DNA from: Bacteroidota bacterium
GTDB taxonomy: Bacteria; Bacteroidota; Bacteroidia; Bacteroidales; GCA-2748055
DNA length: 64,000 nt
NCBI GenBank assembly: GCA_039714915.1
Contig: JBDLIM010000002.1
Coordinates: forward strand, 7,309 to 71,308
Direction: 5' to 3'
Position numbers and translations under genes: made by a program. Positions 56,802 to 64,000 of the stretch are shown here, in pieces. Numbering within the stretch: position 1 is the stretch's first letter; each line of letters begins with the position of its first letter. The notes under the pieces were generated by a model. The model searched no databases, was not told where the DNA came from, and was given only the letters and a program-made list of their open reading frames with translations.

Positions 56802-58064
56802 ATGAAAGCATCCATTTTTGTTACTGTTCTTTATCTGGTTTCATGCTTTGGTGTTGCCCAGGCCCAACCCTCCCCGGGCGATCTGTTTAAAGAGTACACC
56901 TGGCATAACGAATGGGGGGACTGCAACGGGGCATTAAGGGTGGGGGGGAAACTGGACTATCAAGTTCAGGGCATGGTGATTCATTACAAGGATAAGGGAC
57001 TGATCGTTCCTCCTTTCCAGGTAGATTTGAAAAAGGCCATCAAAGCCGAATTGGTGGTGGAAAAGATGCTTTGTCATGGCGGTACAAAAGGTCTGAGGGT
57101 AAGTATCAATGGCAAGGATCCTGTCCCCATCCCTGAAGCAGTTCACATACCCAGGCCCCAGTCAGACTATGCGCACCACTATAATGCCATTGTTCCACTG
57201 GCCCTTTCAGACCTGAAGCCCGGAAATGAAAATACCTTTCGCTTTGAAGTGGATACTTCCGGACAGGGGTGGCCCCAGAACTTGTTATACGGGATGATCC
57301 TGAGGATTTACTATGAGGACGAAGTGCTGCAAAGAAGAGGAAGGATCACCTATCCGAAGAAAGGAGCTACCCTTGGAGAACACAGCTCTATATGGATGTG
57401 GGCTCCCGATGTTATGCAAATAAAGGAGGTGAATCTGATTGGGTATTACGAAGAGGCGGACCTGGAGGGGGACGGACTTTACAGGCAGTGGCATTACGCT
57501 TACCATAAGGGGGAGATATACAATCACATCGGTACTTTTCCCGGACCTCCATTTGAGTTTAAATGGAGTACGGATTGGCTTCCGGATCAAAGTGAAGCTA
57601 TGAAACTGGCCGCCTTTATTCACAGGAACGATGGCTTTATTTACATGACCGGGCAGGTGGATGACCTGAATTTAGAACGGTCCGGCATCTCTGTAGAATT
57701 ATGCAAACCGTACCGGAGACCCAAAGGCTGGTTTACCCGCAACGGGGAGTCTGAAGAGCGCTTCCAGGTGAAAGGGGACCTGGAACAGGCTGTGGATGCC
57801 AAGATGGTTTTCAGGTCATGGAGTCCGGGCTATTTCAACGGGATCTATCTGAACGATTTCATTGTTTTCACAAAAGATGGACCAAAATATGCTTATTACG
57901 AGCACCATATTCCCATCGAAGATTTGAGCGTCCTTAAACAAGGAGAAAACAAACTTAAAACAGGAAAAACACCTCCGCATGACGGCCAGGTGGTTCACGG
58001 TGTAGAAATCCAGTGGCCGGGAATTATGGTCCTGATTAAATACAAGACTAGAACCGAAGATTAG
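56802..58064 (+). CDS. Secreted hypothetical protein within the sugar locus
   Basis: Signal peptide 'MKASIFVTVLYLVSCFGVAQA' at the internal ATG 56802. No family recognised. Confidence 0.55.
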   Translation: MKASIFVTVLYLVSCFGVAQAQPSPGDLFKEYTWHNEWGDCNGALRVGGKLDYQVQGMVIHYKDKGLIVPPFQVDLKKAIKAELVVEKMLCHGGTKGLRVSINGKDPVPIPEAVHIPRPQSDYAHHYNAIVPLALSDLKPGNENTFRFEVDTSGQGWPQNLLYGMILRIYYEDEVLQRRGRITYPKKGATLGEHSSIWMWAPDVMQIKEVNLIGYYEEADLEGDGLYRQWHYAYHKGEIYNHIGTFPGPPFEFKWSTDWLPDQSEAMKLAAFIHRNDGFIYMTGQVDDLNLERSGISVELCKPYRRPKGWFTRNGESEERFQVKGDLEQAVDAKMVFRSWSPGYFNGIYLNDFIVFTKDGPKYAYYEHHIPIEDLSVLKQGENKLKTGKTPPHDGQVVHGVEIQWPGIMVLIKYKTRTED

Positions 58065-58081
58065 GGTGTACAGGGGCCATG

Positions 58082-59863
58082 CTACTTGTACAATGGACCG
58101 TATGCTGCACAGGCCCGGTAATCCGCCCCTTCCCTGTCCATTCCAAAGGCTGGCCAGGCAGAGGGCCTGAAGATTTGTTCCCCGGGAACATTGTGCATGC
58201 ATACCGGGATCCGAAGCATGGAAGCCAGTGCCATAAGCTGCGATCCGATATGCCCGTAAGTAAAGGCTCCGTGATTGGCACCCCAGTTGGCCATTACCGA
58301 ATACACATCCTTAAAATTGCCCTCCCCGGTCAGTCGTGGAACAAACCAGGTGGTGGGCCAGGTGGGATTGGTCCGTTCGGTAAGGGTAAAATGGACCTCT
58401 TCAGGCAGGTCAATGGTCTGGCCCTCTGCGATCTGAAGGACCGGACCCAGTCCCTTGATAATGTTGATGCGGCTCATGGTAACGGGCATTCCACCCTTTG
58501 TATTAAAGGTAGAGGAGAATCCCCCTCCCCGGAAGTAACCCAGATCAGCAGGTCCCCAGGTGGTACTGTCCAGACAGAGCTGGGCCTCATTCTCACCGAT
58601 ATCATACCAGGGCTTCATGGCTGGTTTTCCGTCAATGGTCTGCTCACCGCTGCCATCCAATGCCGAAGCTCCCGAATTGATCAGGTGGATAAATCCATCC
58701 TTTGCATCGCCGGTGAGCTCGAATCCGGTCACCCGTTTCACTGCCTCCGGGCTCCAGTAGGTTCGTACATCACTGAATACCTGGGCAGCACCTGTTAACA
58801 GGTGACCAAAGAGCATAGCCACTCCATTGAGGCTGTCATTCTCCGTGGCCAGCATAAAGGGCTGCCTGATGCCGTTCCAGTCGAAGGAGGAACAAAGCAT
58901 AGCTTCCATGAAGTCGCCGTTAGGGAAATGATCGGTCCACTGCCGCTGGCCCTGGAAGCCTGCTGAGATGGCATTATGTCCCTGGGCCTCTTCGCCGTAA
59001 CCAAGCTCATTCAGTTTTGGATTGCCCACCATCAGATCGCGTCCTATAAGGGCCATCTTTGCTACAAATTCCCATTCTTCCTGCTTCTTTTCAGCTGATT
59101 TTTGCTTCTCAGGCAGATTGTAATCCTTGCCCTCACGACAATTCTTTTTAATCCATTCCCGGGCAAGGCTCAACTCGTCCGGATCAAAGATACCCTCTTC
59201 GATCCGCCGGGTAAATTCCGACATATCCACATACTCACAACGCATGCCCAGAAATTCTTCAAAAAAGCTCGCATCCACAATGGAACCCGCGATGCCCATG
59301 GATACACTGCCCATGGAGAGGTAGGATTTCCCTTTCATGGTGGCCACAGCCAGGCCTGCCTTTACAAAGGTGAGTATCTTCTCCTTCACATCTTCCGGGA
59401 TCTCCCCGTCATTCGAATCCTGCACATCCTTTCCATAAATACCAAAAGCCGGAAGTCCTTTCTGGTTATGTCCGGCCAGGGCGGCAGCCAGGTACACAGC
59501 TCCCGGACGCTCGGTTCCGTTAAAGCCCCAGATGGCTTTAGGAAGCAAAGGATCCATATCAATGGTCTCACTCCCGTAGCACCAGCAGGGAGTAACGGTC
59601 AGGCTTACCCCCACCCCTTCCCTGGCAAATTTCTCAGCAGCGGCTGCAGCTTCAGCTACTCCCCCTATGCATGTATCGGCAATAACGCATTCCACCTGGG
59701 AACCATCCGCGTGTCTCAAATGTGTTTTTATCAATTCAGCGGCACTTTGTGCCATATTCATGGTCTGTACTTCAAGGGATTCTCTTACTCCCAGCAACCT
59801 GCCATCGATGGTGGGTCTGATTCCCACTTTTGGAGTCTGCCCGATCAATCTTTTAGTAGTCAT
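58082..59863 (-). CDS. fucI: L-fucose isomerase
   Basis: 593 aa. The N-terminus '[27 protein letters not shown]' closely parallels E. coli FucI. Confidence 0.95.
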   Translation of the reverse strand: MTTKRLIGQTPKVGIRPTIDGRLLGVRESLEVQTMNMAQSAAELIKTHLRHADGSQVECVIADTCIGGVAEAAAAAEKFAREGVGVSLTVTPCWCYGSETIDMDPLLPKAIWGFNGTERPGAVYLAAALAGHNQKGLPAFGIYGKDVQDSNDGEIPEDVKEKILTFVKAGLAVATMKGKSYLSMGSVSMGIAGSIVDASFFEEFLGMRCEYVDMSEFTRRIEEGIFDPDELSLAREWIKKNCREGKDYNLPEKQKSAEKKQEEWEFVAKMALIGRDLMVGNPKLNELGYGEEAQGHNAISAGFQGQRQWTDHFPNGDFMEAMLCSSFDWNGIRQPFMLATENDSLNGVAMLFGHLLTGAAQVFSDVRTYWSPEAVKRVTGFELTGDAKDGFIHLINSGASALDGSGEQTIDGKPAMKPWYDIGENEAQLCLDSTTWGPADLGYFRGGGFSSTFNTKGGMPVTMSRINIIKGLGPVLQIAEGQTIDLPEEVHFTLTERTNPTWPTTWFVPRLTGEGNFKDVYSVMANWGANHGAFTYGHIGSQLMALASMLRIPVCMHNVPGEQIFRPSAWPAFGMDREGADYRACAAYGPLYK

Positions 59864-59876
59864 ATTACTTTTGTTA

Positions 59877-61340
59877 TTAATTTTCTTTCAATTGAATAAA
59901 TCTATGGTATCTCTCCACAGCAGGCTCCTTCTCCGGATCATAGGATTTGAGTCTGCTGGACTTTTTCACAAGTGCCCTGCCCTCCTCCAGGCCGGCGATC
60001 TTACCCATGGCAATGGCCTGAATTAATATATTTCCCAGGATAGCTCCCTCCACGGGGCCTGAAACCACTTTTCTTTCGCAGATGCTTGCAATTCTCTGGT
60101 TCAGATAATCGGACTGACTGCCCCCTCCAAGTATATGCAGTACCCCAATGCTTTTTCCTGAGATCTTTTCCATCTTATCAATGTGGTAACGGAAGGAAAA
60201 GCAAAGACTGTCGTAGGCACAACAAATATAGGTGCCGAAACTTTCCGGGATGGGCTGTCCGGTTTTTATAAAATAGGCATCAAAGGCTTCTTTCATATCC
60301 TCCGGATTATAAAAAACCGGATCATCGGGATCAATTACAGGTACATTTGAATCTCCCTCCCGGGTCATAGCTTCCATTTCGGCAAAGCTTGTTCCTCCGG
60401 GCAGATTCTTTTTTAAACCCTGGATCAGCCAGAGTCCCACTATATTTTTAAGGGTACGATAGGTATGATTATAGCCCCTTTCATTGGTCAGACCCAGATT
60501 CAGGGCATCATCCGAGATCAGGGGAACTTTCGATTCGATTCCAACCATGCACCAGGTCCCTGCTGAAATATAGGCGTAATCAGGATTTTCAACAGGGATG
60601 GCTGCCACTACGCAGGCGGTATCATGACCGCATACTGCCACATTTTCCATTTGCAATCCCCTGACTTCAGGAATTTTAACAGGCCCAAGGAGTGTTCCGG
60701 GTGCTATGATCCTTCCCAGCATATCCGCATCCAGATTCAACTTCTCCAGAATAAGATGATCCCAGCTCTCTGAATCTACCCTTAGTAATTGCGAGGTGGA
60801 TGAAATGGTGAGTTCGTTGTAAATACTCCCTGAAAGCAAATAATTTAGGTATCCGGGGATAAAAAGCAGATGCTTGCTTTTAATCATGGGCTCCGTGTTC
60901 CTGGAAGAAAGAAGTTGAAACAGGGTGTTGAAGATGTAGAAATTGATGCCTGTGCGTCTGAAGGTTTCATTTTCTGTCATCAGGGTCTTCCATTCGTCCT
61001 CCATCCCTTCTGTACGTTTATCCCTGTATGCAACAGGAATATCAGCCAGCTTTCCATCTTCATCCAGCAACACATAGTCTACTCCCCAGGCATCCGCTCC
61101 TATGCTCTGGGGTGTCCTTTCCGAGACTTCAATTGCATTTGAGATGCCTTTTTTGATTTCCTTAACAATGTGTTCCATATCCCAGCGCTCATGCCCGTTT
61201 TTCACTACAATCTCATTGGATATGCGGTGGACCTCTCTGAATGAAATAAGCTCATCCCGGATCTCACCCAGCATCACCCTGATGCTTCCGGCTCCCATAT
61301 CTATGGCAATGCATGTAAAATCTTCCTGTATTGACTGCAT
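59877..61340 (-). CDS. FGGY-family sugar kinase, rhamnulokinase (RhaB)-like
   Basis: '[13 protein letters not shown]', '[12 protein letters not shown]...PVAYRDKRT', '[11 protein letters not shown]' and 'PIPES' track E. coli RhaB rather than FucK. Confidence 0.85.
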   Translation of the reverse strand: MQSIQEDFTCIAIDMGAGSIRVMLGEIRDELISFREVHRISNEIVVKNGHERWDMEHIVKEIKKGISNAIEVSERTPQSIGADAWGVDYVLLDEDGKLADIPVAYRDKRTEGMEDEWKTLMTENETFRRTGINFYIFNTLFQLLSSRNTEPMIKSKHLLFIPGYLNYLLSGSIYNELTISSTSQLLRVDSESWDHLILEKLNLDADMLGRIIAPGTLLGPVKIPEVRGLQMENVAVCGHDTACVVAAIPVENPDYAYISAGTWCMVGIESKVPLISDDALNLGLTNERGYNHTYRTLKNIVGLWLIQGLKKNLPGGTSFAEMEAMTREGDSNVPVIDPDDPVFYNPEDMKEAFDAYFIKTGQPIPESFGTYICCAYDSLCFSFRYHIDKMEKISGKSIGVLHILGGGSQSDYLNQRIASICERKVVSGPVEGAILGNILIQAIAMGKIAGLEEGRALVKKSSRLKSYDPEKEPAVERYHRFIQLKEN

Positions 61341-61406
61341 TTATCCCAATTGAAAATCTCTGTGCAAGATATTCAGTAAAGCCATTCATTGAAATGGAAA
61401 ATTCTC

Positions 61407-61428
61407 TTTGTTTTGTGTACAAAACAAA
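61407..61428. promoter_or_regulatory. Perfect 10-bp inverted repeat (TTTGTTTTGT-gt-ACAAAACAAA), candidate operator
   Basis: Read directly. It sits near the centre of the 158-nt divergent region between the kinase gene and the GH78-like gene. Confidence 0.4.
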
Positions 61429-61498
61429 CATTTTCACATAGGGAAAAATATCATAAAAAAAGTATATTTTGCATACAAATAATAAACCCGCCACAGAC

Positions 61499-63931
61499 AT
61501 GCGAAACCTTAGTGTTATACTTGCTCTTTTTGCCATATTCACCCCCCTCTTATCACAGGAATCTACTGTAACAGTTAACCATGAAGGAAAAGACTTCCAG
61601 AAGCTTAAGCACACCTGGAAGGCACAATGGATTACCCATCCCGATGAATCAACCCTGGACTACGGAGTGTTCCTGTTTCGAAAACAGTTTAACCTGTCCA
61701 CACTTCCTGAAAATTTCACAATCCATCTCTCCGCAGACAACCGTTACAGGCTTTATGTCAATGGTGAATACATTACTTACGGGCCCGCTGTGGGCGATAT
61801 TAATCACTACCGCTATGAAACCCTCGATATATCTGACTACCTCAAAAAGGGAAAGAATGCAATCGCCGCCGAGGTAGTTAATTTCGGAGAATACCGGCGG
61901 GGAGCTCAACAGACCTTTCAGACTGCATTTATACTTCAGTCAGAGTGTGATGAGCTGCCAGGTTTGAATATTAATACAGGAAATACTCCCTGGAAAGTAA
62001 TGAAAAACAGGGCCTGTGAAGGGATCCCATTTACCACTGATTCCCTGGGATCCTACTATGTGGCCGGACCGGGGGAGAAAGTGGATGCAAAGGCCTTTCC
62101 CTGGGGTTGGAACAGCGTGGATTATGATGACTCCGGCTGGCATGATCCGAAACCCGGAACTGTGGAGTTTGCAGTGGGACGGGGATTTTTATATGGCAGC
62201 ACCTGGTTTCTTGTTCCCCGTCTTATCCCCCTGATGGAAGAGCATCCTCAACGCTTCAGTCAAATCGTGAGAACTACGGGGATGGACCATGTCCCGGCAT
62301 TTATAGAGGATGACACAAGGGCTGTTATTCCACCCGGAACCCGGGTCAGCATCCTGCTGGATCATAAAAAACACACTACCGGCTTTCCTGTGCTGACCAC
62401 CAGCAAAGGGAAAGGAGCCAGGATAAAGATTACGTATGCAGAAGCCCTCTATCTGGAAAATCCACCTGAAGAAAAGGAAGGTCACTTTAGTGCATATGAC
62501 CTGAAGAGGAACCGGAACGAAACAGAAGGTAAGGTCATCCGCGGTTACTATGACATCATCCAAACCGGAGGAGGCATGGAACGGACCTTTAAGCCGCTGG
62601 CCAGAAAGACCTTTCGATTTATCCAGCTTGATATTGAAACAGCCTCAGAGGAGCTGATCCTGGTAGATTACCTCAATATTTTTGCAGGATATCCCTTCGA
62701 AGAGAAAGCTTCCTTCCGGTCTGACGATCCAGTGCACAGTAAGATCTGGGATGCTGCATGGCTCACCATGATCAATTCTTCGGAGGAGCAGTTCTTTGAT
62801 CCGTATTATGAACAGTTACAATACATAGGTGATACACGCATAGAGGCATTGATATCTATCTATGTATCAGGCGATGACAGATTGATGAGGAAGGCCATTG
62901 AACAGTTTGATGATTCCAGGATACCTGATGGATTAACCCAGAGCCGGTATCCCAGTTACATTGTACAGATTATTCCAACTTATTCCCTTCTTTGGATCGG
63001 GATGATCCACGACTATTTTATGTACCGGAACGATGAACAATTTGTTCAGCGCTTTATTCCCGGTATCAAGTCTGTTCTGGACTGGTTTACCTCCCGTCAG
63101 GATTCAACAGGAATGGTTACAGACCTGGAATGGTGGAATTTTACAGATTGGGCCAAAGGATTTCCAAACGGAATCCCCCCCGGGGCCGATGACGGGTACT
63201 CGGCCAATGTGAACCTGCAGCTGGTATCAGCCCTGAAGGATGCCGTGGAAATATTTCAGCATTTTCAAATGGATGATGAAGCAGAAAAATACAGAGCCGT
63301 GGAAGAGCGGATAAGGACATCCGTTCTGGATAAATGCTACTCTGAGGAGAAGCAGCTGATCGCAGAGACCCCGGATCAGAGTATATATTCACAGCATACA
63401 AACATCTGGGCCATACTGACCAATACCTTCCCGGATTCAGACCAGGCAGATGTGATGCAGAGAGTATTGTCAGATACGTCTCTGATACAAACCACCATCT
63501 ATTTCAAGTTTTACCTTTTCAGAGCCCTTCAGAAATGCGGTCTGGGAGATCAGTACCTTTCCCTGCTGGATCCTTGGAAAAGAATGCTGGAGAATGGGAT
63601 GACCACCTTTGGCGAAAGGGACGGCAATACACGTTCCGAATGCCATGCATGGAGCTCAAGTCCCTGCTTTGATTTTCTCCATACCGTAGCTGGAATATAT
63701 CCCCTCAAACCCGGATTTGAAACCATCGCAGTTCATCCCAATTTCGGAACCCTTGAAGAGATGGAAGTTTATTTTCCACACCCCCTGGGGAAGGTAAAGG
63801 TAGATCTGAAGAAAGAGGGCAATTCCAGAGTAAAAGGCCTGATCATACTTCCGGAAGGCTCAGGCGGAGAATTCCTTTGGAATGAAAAGCTCATCCCTCT
63901 CATCGAAGGTGAAAACAGGATTGATGAGTGA
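61499..63931 (+). CDS. Alpha-L-rhamnosidase-like (GH78-related) glycoside hydrolase
   Basis: Signal peptide at ATG 61499. N-terminal 'AQWITHPD...LSADNRYRLYVNGEYITYGP', as in rhamnosidase N-domains, and a C-terminal six-hairpin-like region with 'ECHAWSSSP'. Confidence 0.7.
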   Translation: MRNLSVILALFAIFTPLLSQESTVTVNHEGKDFQKLKHTWKAQWITHPDESTLDYGVFLFRKQFNLSTLPENFTIHLSADNRYRLYVNGEYITYGPAVGDINHYRYETLDISDYLKKGKNAIAAEVVNFGEYRRGAQQTFQTAFILQSECDELPGLNINTGNTPWKVMKNRACEGIPFTTDSLGSYYVAGPGEKVDAKAFPWGWNSVDYDDSGWHDPKPGTVEFAVGRGFLYGSTWFLVPRLIPLMEEHPQRFSQIVRTTGMDHVPAFIEDDTRAVIPPGTRVSILLDHKKHTTGFPVLTTSKGKGARIKITYAEALYLENPPEEKEGHFSAYDLKRNRNETEGKVIRGYYDIIQTGGGMERTFKPLARKTFRFIQLDIETASEELILVDYLNIFAGYPFEEKASFRSDDPVHSKIWDAAWLTMINSSEEQFFDPYYEQLQYIGDTRIEALISIYVSGDDRLMRKAIEQFDDSRIPDGLTQSRYPSYIVQIIPTYSLLWIGMIHDYFMYRNDEQFVQRFIPGIKSVLDWFTSRQDSTGMVTDLEWWNFTDWAKGFPNGIPPGADDGYSANVNLQLVSALKDAVEIFQHFQMDDEAEKYRAVEERIRTSVLDKCYSEEKQLIAETPDQSIYSQHTNIWAILTNTFPDSDQADVMQRVLSDTSLIQTTIYFKFYLFRALQKCGLGDQYLSLLDPWKRMLENGMTTFGERDGNTRSECHAWSSSPCFDFLHTVAGIYPLKPGFETIAVHPNFGTLEEMEVYFPHPLGKVKVDLKKEGNSRVKGLIILPEGSGGEFLWNEKLIPLIEGENRIDE

Positions 63932-64000
63932 AGGTCAACAGGAATTTAACCCCCTAACAGGTACTTCCAGGCCGGGATGGCCCTGACCATTCCTCCTTTC

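Noticed and set aside
1-64000. Scan for tRNA/rRNA genes, CRISPR arrays, transposases or integrases, IS-type inverted repeats, and known defence or biosynthetic gene clusters
   Set aside because: Nothing found. All intergenic regions are under about 370 nt. There are no direct-repeat/spacer arrays, and no ORF has recombinase, nuclease-helicase or NRPS/PKS-type motifs.

Overview
This 64-kb window looks like a chromosomal, mostly housekeeping segment of a Bacteroidota-type genome. The clues are the dapB-lepB-lepB-wbqC arrangement, a DAHP-synthase/chorismate-mutase fusion, many lipobox lipoproteins, TAnnTTTG-like promoter boxes and a glycan-utilisation gene set. All calls come from reading the supplied ORF translations and the DNA by eye; no database search was possible.

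Main blocks, in order:
- thrS-infC-rpmI-rplT operon
- dapB, two signal peptidase I paralogs and a WbqC-like gene
- an exported three-gene minus-strand array: beta-propeller lipoprotein, an extreme low-complexity lipoprotein, and a FadL-like outer-membrane barrel
- a 7TM-DISM/PP2C receptor, proS, a peroxiredoxin and tilS
- a compact aromatic amino-acid operon (pheA, DAHPS-CM, aroB, aroD, aroC, tyrA)
- nth and three unknown secreted proteins
- an A/T-rich DUF485-actP module followed by a porin
- uvrA, an ECF sigma factor, rsmE and a phosphoesterase
- a long minus-strand array: tmk-like, DoxX-like, tpiA, prmA and a 1489-aa secreted protein of unknown function
- folP-cdaA, plsY, pckA and ppdK
- a fucose/rhamnose-type sugar locus: GH29, DUF1080, two URO-D/MtaA-like paralogs, an unknown secreted protein, fucI, a rhaB-like kinase and a GH78-like enzyme

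I found no rRNA, tRNA, CRISPR array, transposase, integrase or recognisable defence system.

The candidates for something undescribed are modest:
- the Tyr/Gly-rich plus Ser/Arg-repeat lipoprotein and its barrel partner
- the URO-D/MtaA-like paralogs embedded in the deoxyhexose locus
- the 1489-aa orphan protein
- a roughly 170-aa soluble stretch inside the ActP symporter
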